From Raillietiella orientalis (Eukaryota), in the NCBI GenBank assembly GCA_036172245.1, contig JAYWIR010000004.1, forward strand, positions 6,200,001-6,264,000: 64,000 nt of DNA, written 5' to 3'. A program made the position numbers and the translations under genes. A model generated the notes under the pieces. That model was not told the DNA's origin and searched no databases. It saw nothing but the letters and a program-made list of their open reading frames with translations. Positions 1 to 10,950 of the stretch are shown piece after piece. The stretch's first letter is position 1. Each line of letters starts with the position of its first letter.

Positions 1-27
1 CATAATTCAAGAGGAATACCACTATTT

Positions 28-415
28 CTATTTCCACCTCGAGCTCGTGCACGTGGGCACAGCTTTCATGCACCTTCAGAGTTGGCGTGCTTGGCCAGCC
101 CTTCGGGCGGCAACAGACGCACATCGCCGTCTGCGCTTCTCGGCTGATGCTGGTTCCGTGCGCATGCTGCAATGGGGAGAAGAGCGGGATGCTTCTGCTG
201 AGATACGCTCGGAAATGACATTCGCAAGCTGTTCATTGTCGACATGGCCTTGCTGAAGATGAACGTATCCGGATGCACCTCCTTCCAAGCTCCTTATAGA
301 TGTAGATTCGCTGCACCTTTCTCCTCTGCTTCTTCTCTTTGCCTCCCTTCGTGATGTCCTTCTGCATCCTGCTTGCCTTCTTCACTGCTTTCCCACTACC
401 AAACTCCGGAGCCAT
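28..415 (-). pseudogene. H2B: Histone H2B pseudogene (frameshifted, intronless)
   Basis: Minus-strand frames give, in order: MAPEFGSGKAVKKASRMQKDITKGGKEKKQRRK..IYIYK, (V)HPDTFIFSKAMSTMNSL, NVISERISAEASR, DVRLLPPEGLAKHANSEG, KAVPTCTSSRWK*. This is colinear with canonical H2B ([86 protein letters not shown]). ATG at 415-413, TAG at 30-28, several frameshifts. Confidence 0.93.
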
Positions 416-599
416 CGCGGATCTACACAGCAACACCCCTCACTACACCCTTTAAACAATCCGGCGCGAATCCGTTGCCAAGCAACTCTTCCAGAAAGTT
501 ACGTTCGACTCGTCTCGTCTCCCTTCCTTTTTGCGTTCCCTCCCCCCTCCCCCCTCTCCTCGTGGGACTGCCGGCGACAGAACTTCCTGGCAGCGGGGA

Positions 600-1400
600 C
601 GAGGGGAGCTCTCCCCTAGTAGGGAGACGGGCAGCGTATCATGCGGTTCCTTTTGCTGGGAGGGTAAGAGAAGCATTTTTCGGCTTCACGTCCCCCACGG
701 CTGCCTACGACTCCCCCAATCGACTGATACCCCACTCGCAGACAGTCCTGGCTAGGATCTGCCTGCCGGAACTCGGACCTTCCTTCTGCTCCTCCTTTCC
801 GCCGGTGAAGGGAGGGGGTAATTGAGCTCGCGAAAGACTGTAGCCTTTCCGAAGCTCCGGAGCGGATTCCCATGGCCATTGGCACGGAACGAGGAGCTCT
901 GCAGAGTTCCTTCGGGAAAGTTCGTCCAGGGAGAGGTCTTCGATCTCACGGATCGGTGGGAATATCCCTTGTGGCGGTCTTTAGAAACAAGCTCAGAAGA
1001 AGAGGGTGGACGTGCACGCAGGAGAGAGGGAAGGAAGGGCCACTCTCGGGGAGACGAGGGGCGAAGGTTGCATAGGGGCCGTTGCTCTCTTGCGTGTCTT
1101 GGACTGCCCGCCGTGTAAGAACCCTTTTAGAACCCGAACGGAGCGAGCGACTTCGAGCAACTGTTGGCAGATGGCACTGGGCATCGCCGAGCTCATGCAC
1201 CACAATGGAGCGCCCATATGGACGCGAGCGGCGCACGAGAGGGCAGCCCCAGCTCCACATGCCAAATTCTCTACCTCATGAGTCGTCGATCTCGCCATGT
1301 TCTACATGGTCACACGGCACCCCTGAAACTGGCTTCTAGAGCGCCCACATGGGCTCCGGCGTGCGCTTGGCTCCAGTGCCCCCAGGCGTCACCTGCACCA
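600..1400 (-). mobile_element. Decayed non-LTR retrotransposon RT fragment (R2/NeSL/Utopia-like)
   Basis: Degenerate RT motifs in the correct order across frames: RSIVVHELGD (~T.LI.K.GD), VLKGFLHGG (~QKGF), SPWTNF..GHGNPLRSF (~WLDL..AF..G.P..F), SEFRQADPS (~GVRQGDPLS). Boundaries approximate. Confidence 0.5.
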
Positions 1401-2385
1401 TCCGCCGCCTGCCTAGAACGAGGGGAGCAGGAAGCGACAAAAAGTTCCTCAATGCTGCCAGACCAGCAGCCACCGACTGCGTCCGTTCCTCGGGAAGGTC
1501 CTCATCGGGACCACTGATCCCGAGGCAGACCAGCAACGAGGGTCTTCTGGGCAGAGGGTGCTGCTCCGGGTCGACAAGCAGGCATCTCCTCGAAACCCCA
1601 CCTGCCCAACCTGCGCTCGATTCGAGCTCGATCCTGGAAAGCGCGGGTGGGTGCCATGCTTCCACGCTCTCCGTCAGCCGGCGCGCCACTCGTATCCCGC
1701 CCATCTCGGGCGGACTGCAGCTTCCTCCAGAGAGCCTCCCTTTCCAAGGCTGCTGCCCGACCCCAGGATTTTCCAGGCCATGATCCTTTTTTCCCAATCC
1801 GCCAGATCTGCCCACGTGAAGGTCCTCCCTTGCCATCAGGGGAAAACTCCTGTCCGTGGAAGGCAGAGTGCTGTCGACAGCGGAAGTGTCTACGCGGAGT
1901 GGCCTCCTAGGAAAGCGCTTCCTCGGCTACGGAACCGAACACGCGGAGGTCAGACATCAACACGAAGCCCCGCAGGGAAAGCCGAGGTCGAAGGAGCCGA
2001 CTGCGGCGGGAGTGCCAGAGACGAGGGACCGTTTCCCTGGACACCTCTTCGTCAGGGGTCAGCCGAGTCCCGGCTGCAGCCGGAAGTGTCTCGCCGGATA
2101 GTGCGTAACTCGGACGACCACCCTCTCCGCCTACCGGGTAGCGAGAGCGAAAGAGGCGCCCTCCTTGTTTCGGACGCGCTACCAGAAACTACTTCACGAT
2201 CCCCCTGCGGGTCGTTCCCGCTTCACGACCCACGTGGCTCTGTGCTCTGCGATGCGCTGCCGTTCGCTCGCGAGGAGGCAGCCCGCTCAGGCGCAGGAGG
2301 CCAATGAACGCCGCGATGGAGTGCGCATGTTCCCCACTCTGCAGCACGCGGCCAGTTCTCTCAACCCCCCTTTCCCCGATTAGCG

Positions 2386-2861
2386 GGGTCCTCCTCACAC
2401 GCGCATTCAGCTCGCTGTGCATATTCTTCCCGGAGTCCCGTCCTCCTGACCAACCTCGAGCTCGACCTTGCGGCAAAGTCGCGCCCGGAGTGATCCGGCA
2501 CCTCTCGGCTTCTGGACTGCACGCCGCTCCCGCCACAAGGCGGTGCACTCCTTCGCCTTCCAAACGACGCCGGGCGGGGCGCTACCCGACCCTGGGAGAA
2601 GGTCGCTTCCAGGATGGGTCCTTCGCTCGTCATGCGGGGCAGCACCTTCGAGGGAGGGGACGGCGTTCGCTGAGGCTCGGGGTATAGGACGTTCGAGCTG
2701 GGAAGCGGGCGCCCCTTGGCCTCGGGGTCTGGTCGCGACCCTTCGGAAGGAACGGTGCCCCGTGCTACCAACTCCGGGGTGGGTGGGAAGGGGATGAGGC
2801 ACACTGGCCCCACCCTCCACATCCCCCGACCCTCTTCCTCCCTCACGCTTCTTTCTCCAGA
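2386..2861 (+). repeat. Copy 1 of ~476-bp direct duplication; decayed RLE-endonuclease C-terminus of a non-LTR element
   Basis: Near-identical to 5531-6007 from GGGTCCTCCTCACACGCGCATTCAGCTCG to CTTCTTTCTCCAGA. The translation RSRHKAVH..LPD..AFAEARG..PWPRGLVATL resembles the RH..V / RPD / A...AR..K / G.W motifs of R2-group RLE domains. Confidence 0.9.
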
Positions 2862-4449
2862 CCACTCGCCGCCGCATCCTCTCTCGGGACCGCCTCCGGC
2901 GCTCTCCCCGTCCTTCCGCCAGACGACAGCAGTGTTGCTGCTGATTCGCAGGGAGCTCCAGGATGCGGTGAGGCGCTGTGGTCCGCATCCCGGCGTCAGC
3001 TCGGGAGGGACCGCACCCCTAGCACTGGTCGTCAGAGCCTTTCCCGGAGGTCCACTTCCACCCCCCGGTGTCCTGCTGTCTCCCGAAGTGAAGACGACGG
3101 AAATTCCCTCCCTTCCCGGACTCTCCCTGCTGGAAGGGTCACGGAAGAGAAGGGCTTCCCGGAAGAGAGCGATCCACTGCTCGGAAGCTGAGTCCTCTCC
3201 GCCTCTGGGTAGGCGTGAGGCAGCAAAACCCGGGGAGACTCACCGCCAGGCGGGACGCAGGGAGCAGCTTTCTCTCGCGCTTCCCTCCTGCAGCTTCACC
3301 AGTCCGCCCGCGAGAGAGCACTGCAGCTCAGCCGGTCTCACAGGCTCGTGCGCCGCCGCCAGTCTTCCTGCCCGGGATAGGCGTCATGGATCCCGGTGTC
3401 CTGCTCCTGAGGACGTGCTTCCTGCTCGCCGTTGCCTTCTTCAGCCTTTCTAGTAAGTCTGAGCGTCTCTCTGTTCCGGGAAACGGGGAACGGGAACCGG
3501 GAGAGATTGGGAAGGGGGAAGGAGAGAACGCTTTCCTTACCCCCTCCCCTCCCACTCCCCGGAAAGCAACAGCGGCAGCAGCAGGAGAGGCTCGAGGACT
3601 GCCGGGAATCCGTCCGTCCGACGGGGAAAGGGGAGCAGAGGGCGCATCCGAGCTCCCTTGAGGGATTGCTTGCCGACCACCATCCACGCTCTCTGGAGCT
3701 CTGCGCGCACCTCATACGCCTCGAGCCCTCCTCCTTCAACGTGAACGCTGTTCTGTCCCTTTCCAGGAGCGTCCTTGAGGGTGCTCTGCAGACCGCAGGA
3801 CCTCTCCCCTCCCTTCGAGATCGCCATTGCCTGTGCAGCCGGGAAGGTGGCGCCCAGCGAAGACGTGTATGGCGTCGTTTTGCGCTCCTCCACTCCTACA
3901 GGCTCCGGAAGAGCGGCATCGCCACCTCCCTCCACCCGCCTACCTGCTGACCCTTTCTATCCCGACTCCCGAGCGCTCCACGGTCAGGGAAGACACGGAG
4001 GGGTCTCAGATTGGTGGCTCCAAGGAAGCGACTTCCTTCAGGGAAAAGCTTGTCTCTCTTTCGCGACTTCCCCGCGAGATGGCACTCGGAGCGTGGAGCG
4101 AGAAACAGCAGCCTCTGAACGTGCCTGGGTTGCAGCCCTGCAGAAGGTTCTGGAACTCCAGATCTTCTCGAAGGACATCCCCTGAGAGGGAAGGATGCCG
4201 GCGGGTTTCGCTTCCGTGGCAACCGCCTGCGTGGACGGTCGCTCAGCGACGGCCACCCTGCTGTCGACATGGACTGAAGGCTGCTCTCGAGCGCTCGTCC
4301 ACTCCTCTTCTCGAACGTATCCACCCTACCTGCCGCTCCTCCGCCTCCTTCTCCACCGCTCCTCTGGGAACCGGACGGTTGCCAAGGAAGCTGGCCGCTG
4401 CCGCAAAGTAGAGACCCATTAAATTCTGTGGCCAGCGGGTTGTCGTGTT

Positions 4450-5530
4450 TGAATTCACCTCCCCTGAGGCCTGAGTCTGGTTCTCTTGGTCCCCACCGTT
4501 CTACGATCTCCGACGGCTGTCCCGACGAGCCGGCGCGTCCACGGCGGGCGACCGACACGGCAGAAACGGCAGAGGCAGAGGACTCTTGGGAGACGAGTGG
4601 AAAAGCTACCTCAGGAAGGGAGGAGTCCTCCGCCTCACTGACCTTCCAAGGGAGCTGCCCGGAGCTGCTCCAGAGAAGCTCTCCTGATCTGTCCCCTCCA
4701 TGAGAGCAGCTGCGGCAGGTGTCCCGAACCGGAGTATGCGCTTCCCCCACGAGGCGACTTCTTGAACAAAGCGCGTGTTTGTGGAAGAAGGAAACACCAG
4801 AGGACTTCGAGGGACTTCTCCGATTCCACGGTCTGGCCGGATATCCCAGCGCCGAACTTCAGCCCTCGCTGCCCGCAGTGAGGGTTCCGAAGGAACGCGG
4901 CTCAAGCTATCCGGGATCTCTCCCCGTCCGCGCGTGCACCTACCATGAGGGGCGCACGCGGGGCGACATTGCCCTGGTCCGGAAAGCAAAAAGCGAACCC
5001 GTTTCCCCGGAGATACCTCCCTCAGTGGTCTGCCTGCGCTGGGCATGGGCGTCTTTTGGCTGGAAGTCCCCGGAAAGCGGTGTGTATCAGCCTCCTTCCT
5101 TCCCGATTCCTAAAAGGAAGGTCCCACTTCTCCCCGTGGGCCGGCTTCGAGGGGATGAAGGGTCCTCAGTGTGAGGACCGCCGCCTCGCCCGCGAGCTGG
5201 CACTCCTGCCGTCTGTCCGCTACGGCTGCTGGTGGATAGGGACCATCTCGGGTCATCCCTGTTCCGCTGCTAGGGAGACGTCGTGTCTCGGGGTCCGCCG
5301 GGGGGTCGCCGAGCCAAGCGCATCCCTGAGCCCGGCGAAAGAGGGCTGCTCGACGTATGGCGCTATTTTCCCCTCTTCCAATCCCTCTCTGTCCCTCTCG
5401 TGCCACGAGAAGACTCGCGTCGGTCAACCTGAGCCTAGTCTCCGTGCGGACGGCGGCGCTCTCTCGCTTCCTCTCGCGACCGGTGTGGTGCGACGGCATC
5501 ATCAGGAGAACGAGGTGATGATGGCACGCA
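4450..5530 (+). mobile_element. Decayed non-LTR RT fragment (R2-group-like)
   Basis: ORF 4719-5174 has HGLAGYPSAELQPSL (~GV.QG.PLSP.LF), RGDIALV (~YADD.AL) and WAWASFGWKS (~A...GL.F...K), upstream of the RLE-like tail at 5531-6007. Confidence 0.4.
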
Positions 5531-6007
5531 GGGTCCTCCTCACACGCGCATTCAGCTCGATGTGCATGTTCTTCCCGGAGTCCCGTCCTCCTGACCAGAC
5601 CTCGAGCTCGACCTTGCGGCAAAGTCGCGCCCGGAGTGATCCGGCACCTCTCGGCTTCTGGACTGCACGCCGCTCCCGCCACAAGGCGGTGCACTCCTTC
5701 GCCTTCCAAAGGACGCCGGGCGGGCCGCTACCCGAACCTGGGAGAAGGTCGCTTCCAGGATGGGTCCTTCGCTCGTCATGCGGAGCAGCACCTTCGAGGG
5801 AGGGGGCGGCGTTCGCTGAGGCTCAGGGTATAGGACGTTCGAGCGGGGAAGCGGGCGCCCCTTGGCCTCGGGATCTGGTCGCGACCCTTCGGAAGGAACG
5901 GTGCCCTGTGCTACCGACTCCGGGGTGGGTGGGAAGGGGATGAGGCACACTGGCCCCACCTTCCACATCCCCGCGTGCTCTTCCTCCCTCACGCTTCTTT
6001 CTCCAGA
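5531..6007 (+). repeat. Copy 2 of ~476-bp direct duplication (decayed RLE C-terminus)
   Basis: Direct alignment to 2386-2861 with scattered substitutions and small indels; ORFs 2468-2797 and 4945-5943 end in nearly identical peptides. Confidence 0.9.
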
Positions 6008-7099
6008 TTCGGTCGGTTTACGACCTTCCTCCGGGTGGACCCTGTCTGAAGTCGAGCTTGGAATTCTCGTCAGCGCCGCCTCTGTGCTTGTCGCCGGTTG
6101 TGTGCGCATCCGTGCGCGGCAATCTTCCTTGCATCGAAGCGAAAAGAGTCGAGAGTGCTCTGCTGCTGTTCGGAAGTGTCGCAGGGCAGGCTCAATTTTG
6201 TAGGGTGGGGGGCATGGGATGAGTCCTGGTCAAAACGGATGCACGCCCAGCAGATTCATTTCCTGCCCGGATCAAGGTTCGCCTTCAGTTCTCGTCCAGT
6301 CAGCAACAATAAGTTTTAGCGTGTGGGGGGAGGGACGTCCTAGTATCGGATCGGTGCCGACCAACGCGATCTGACGCGGGAGACATGGGATCTTCCTCTG
6401 GAACGATTCCTCTCGAACTTTCTCTGCACGACAGGAGGGGGAACTCCCCACTCCTTTATTCCTGGAAGGACCCGAAGGTCAACTCCCATTGTTCCGGCCT
6501 TCATCGGGGACCTCCTGCTTAATCCACTGCCGGTGCCATGCCCGAATGATTAGGCCAACCAGCGCCACTGCGGGAGAAACTCAGAACGCAAGGACGCAGT
6601 GGAGTCAGTTTCTGCCGGAGTATTCGAACCCGCGACGCATGGTGTCACGCGCGGAAGCCTTAACCACAAAGCCTCCGACGCGGGCAGAGGAAGATCCGGC
6701 GCTGAGTCCTCGTTGCCCATTTCCTGTCGCGCGCCGGTGTGCCGAGAGAGCGACTAGGCCAAAGGACGCGCGTTGCCCGGCAGTGTTAGCTTATGGGAGC
6801 GCAGCGATCTCAGCCAGCCTTGAAGACATAGCGCCCGCCGTCTCCCGGGGGGAAAGGGGGAGTGGGAGGGCGGCTGACCGACGAGAAGTGCAAATGCGTT
6901 TCCCCTGCGAGCAACGTAACAAGGAACTTTCTTCGAGACCGGGGAGCAACCTTCGGCAACAAGACGTCTGTCAGAGGAAGAAAGGTTTCATTCCTCTGGA
7001 TGTCTCCGAGGCGATGCTACAGCTGGCTGCTTGGGGGAGGATTCTGACGAAGCGCTAGAGCTGATCTCTGACGTCGAGCGGTGGTGCGTCTCAGCGGTG

Positions 7100-8500
7100 T
7101 GACAGCCGGCGAAGCTTCGCCGTAGCGTCAGAAGAGCACCGACCCATCATCTGTCAGGTTTCGGGAATGGGAAGGTCTTCTCTCAATGACTGGCAGCTCC
7201 CATCCGCGCTCCATTTCCGAAGGCGGGACGGCAGGCATCATGGTCACCTCATCAGCGTCTGTCACGAATGCGTACCTCGGCACGAATTCGATGCAGTTAG
7301 TGGCTGCAGGCTACTCAGCGTTGAGGCTCTCCTTCGGCGAATCTACCAAATTCTTGGTCTCACTCTGCAGGCTGCCCAGGCTGCTTTCTGATGGAGGGGA
7401 GGATAGGGGGTAGGGGAGGAAGAGCATTCAACCTTTTGCGTCTCGGATCCTCTTTGCAGCTCTGGAGCAGTGTATCCCCCTCCTGAATCATAGCCATCGC
7501 TCAATCAAGTCTCCTGAACTAGGTACCAACGACATTCTTGGAGAAGGCCGCCCGAACTCCTCCGTTGTTCATAGCGGAGTGCTTCGGGGGAGCGTCACCG
7601 AGCGGGCGAGACCTCCGAGCGTGTCTTTCGTTGCAGTCGAGACAGAAGAGTCAGTAGTGACTGCCACGGAAGGGAAATGCGCCAGGCTGCACTGCCGAGT
7701 CCGCCATCGTGGAAATCACGTGGTAAGTCGCGCTGGTTCCCGCGAGCATCCACCTGCAAGTCCACCGCCTCTCTCGCGATCTCGCGGGAAAAGCCATTCC
7801 CCCTCCCCAGCGCCTCCGGTGGATTAGCAACGGTCACCAGGTGCTGCCCTTGTGCCTCCGCCCTTTTTCAGGCATCCGGCGCTAGCGGTGCGACGGTCGC
7901 TTTCCATTGCTGCGGAGTTCCAGGAGAGCGCGCGCGTTGCTGGGTGTTGCGCTGCGAACGTGGGCGCGTCACGCCCGAAGATCCGCACTTAACATGGGAA
8001 ACAACTCAAACGGGAGGGCATTTTCGCACCGTTTGGCGATCCTCTCGGAACGATGGCGGGTACAAGGTCGGCGTAGTATTTCTCATGCCCATGACCCAAG
8101 AAGCTGTTTCCCGAAAAAGGCCAAAATCCTTTCGAATCTCCAGCACGAATCCGTCACAAGAGAGGGACCCTCATTCTGGTACACGCTTCCGTGTGACAGT
8201 GAGGCGTTGTGGGAGCTCTTTATCCCCTATTACCGGTGCTCGAGTTGGGCGCTGAAAGAGAACGCCACACCAGACCTTCCCATGGCATCCTCAGCGTGCC
8301 GCTCAGTTCAACCACAGTGGTCTATTCTATTTTGCTGTTCCGCTGTGGTGCCACGGATGCGATCACTGTGTCGAATTCACTTGGACAAGGAATCTTCCAC
8401 ATATGGAAGTGCATTCCCGTCTCGCTCCTGAAGGCCCTGGCTTGCACTACGTTGCAAAACGTCGATAGGGGTAACTTGCAGAACAATTGGTGGCTTCCCA
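7100..8500 (-). mobile_element. Decayed non-LTR RT fragment
   Basis: Minus strand shows KLPLSTFCNVVQ (~RPI.L...YK), EFDTV (~AFD.V), TAC TAC GCC GAC CTT GTA = YYADLV at ~8060-8078 (~LAYADDLV) and HVKC (~N..KC), in RT order. Confidence 0.45.
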
Positions 8501-10049
8501 AGGTACCATCAAAGGGAAGCATCCTACAGCCGGGCCGTAGCACGCAGAGTCGCACGCGCACGCGTGCGTGCGGTTTAGCGAGTCCTTCGCAAAGGCTTCA
8601 TGTAGGGGCGTGTGAGCTTCATTGAAATGGGTTTCGTTTATTTTTAATTTTGAAATTGCTACCAGCACGGCGAGCTCAATTATTCACGTGTCAATCACAG
8701 TTAAATTTTCTGCGGCAATTTACGGAAATCAGCGTCGTGCTTTTTCTGATGTCGAATGGTTTTAAACCCAGCGGGAACTATCGAGTGAAAGTTGAACCAC
8801 ACTGATGCCTGCGCCTTGGTACTATTCTTGCAAATATGAATCTGCTTTCCTCAAGGGTTAAAAACAGGATACGAAGAGCTGTTACTCGAAGGGCATCGCC
8901 TATGCTTTTATTGCATTCTTCCGAATTCCTGATAGGAGATCTATGCGTTTGGTGCAATCCCCGTACTTGCAGATCCCGAAGATATTTTTAGCCTTTCCGA
9001 TATCCTTGCACATAACCTGACAGTGAAATCCAATGCCACGAGACGATCAGATGACACGGGTATGAATATTGCTCAGTGGTTCAAACGTGGCAAACAACCT
9101 ACAAGGAACGCATCCTCTGGAATCTCATTTTCACTGGGCACGCATAAATGCAGAATGCAGGTGACACGAAGACCATTGGAAATAGGGAAAATTTAACTGG
9201 AAGTTACGGAAATGGGAGCCTCCCTTCTTTTCGGAATCGAATTGAATGCCGATTTTTCGACAGCGTATTGATGGGGATTAGCGAAGGGTAAATCTATGGT
9301 GAGCCACTTAAAGCCTCAAGTCTGGCATTGCGGAAAATAAAACGCAACGGCACTTCAAGCGGGACGGTTTCAAGTGGATTAGTCTGCATTCGGCACCTAT
9401 TGTCCATTGACACGGAAACAGTCCCTATCATTCCAATGAGTGTCTTTTAGCATCGGCATCAAGGTGCAATCAAATGGCTTCTATGCCGATCTCTCGCATG
9501 GTTCCCATTTGCTCAGAGAAAGCGCCAGCTGCCGCTCTCGAACGCACAAGATTGGTGCTCTTTTCATCCCGTCTCGTCGTCCACTCCGCGGGAAAAAAAA
9601 GAATGCGTAACTGACAGTCATCTATGGTGCTGCTGCAGAAAGGAAACTGTCCTTGCAGCCAGTCTGGCGAGACAAGCGCCATGCCCCTTGAGGAACGCAG
9701 CCCAAAGAACAAGTTGGGTTCCGGAGTGCACGGGCGAGGAAGCGAAACGTGGGAAAGTACGAGAGAACGCAGCGCTGCCCGTTTTCTGGAAGCAACCGCC
9801 TCCCGTTTGCGGGAGGGTGCTATTTTTGGCGAGTTGCATCCCGAGTGCCTTAGCTCAAGGAGCGGGAGTGAAAATTCGTGCAGCGTCCGTCGGCTGCTGC
9901 AGGTATACGACAAGGAATTGGATTGTTTATCCGCACTCCTTTCTGTGGCAACAGTTTCTCTTCATTTCAGAATTTCTGGATCCATAGACATTGGAAGAAA
10001 GCGCAGGTCTTCGTGAAAATGCTCGTTCGGTGTTCATTTGTTGTGTGCT

Positions 10050-10950
10050 TCGTCAGTTGCCGTAACTTAGTCACCAGAGAATATCTGTTCTCCTCGACGT
10101 CGTTTCTGGAACCAGGAAAACTGACATTTGCATAAGTGATAGCACCTGACCATGAATCCCAAAAATCAATGGTGCCCGTAGTGATGAGTGCAGGATCATT
10201 GGCTAAATAGCTTATCAATTATTTGGGAAATGAAGAAGGGAATAAGACAAAGGCACGATGTTTGGCACTCCTGAAAGTACGGCTTTTCGAGTGCTGCAGA
10301 AAAGGTGAACACGAGAAGTTATGCACGAGAAGTCACGAGTCATGGGAACTTGAAATCGATGGACGAATAGCTCTAGGGATTTTCAATCTCCAAGTTCTAT
10401 TTTGGGGATTCTAGCAAATGCGTTTGGACTTTTTGCGGAGCACATGGTAACTGTTTCACGGGGACCGTGAAACATGTAAAGCAGCGTAATGGTAGAAGCC
10501 GTTCCCATCGCGATATTCCATATGACTAAATTGGCTGCCCAGGAACGTCATTTCATTCCCGATTAAGGAGAGCTGTGTTCAGTTTTGATTTCCGCAAATA
10601 GCCGGGTCGGTTGACAGGCAATGGCTTGCGTCCCCTGAAGAATAGATTCCTTTTTCAAGAAACATGAAAAAGTCGCTCACCTTCTCGAAAATGGGAAAAA
10701 GAGAGAGAGATTGAAGTGGAAGGAAGATTTTCCAGAAACCAATGGAGTCTGTGATGCGGATAACTGTCACTTGTGGTTGTGTGCCCATTCGACTCATCAT
10801 CGTGAAGCACTCGATTGGATTCCACATCTGAAAAATTTCCGACGTGAGGTTCAGATGTAGTGGAATTCGGATGAATTCCTGCAGCGTTTCGAAACCCCGA
10901 ACAGCAGTGCAGTCCATGGTGCAATGTCAGGAATATCAGAATATCCCCTT
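10050..10950 (-). mobile_element. Decayed LINE RT fragment (CR1/L2-like)
   Basis: IPLHLNLTSEIFQMW (~PL..IFN.SL..G.FP..W), LPLQSLSLFPIFEKV (~RPISLL...K.FEK), PNAFARIP (~KAFD.VPH), ISYLANDP (~IYIND), TYANV (~YADD), in order. Confidence 0.4.
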
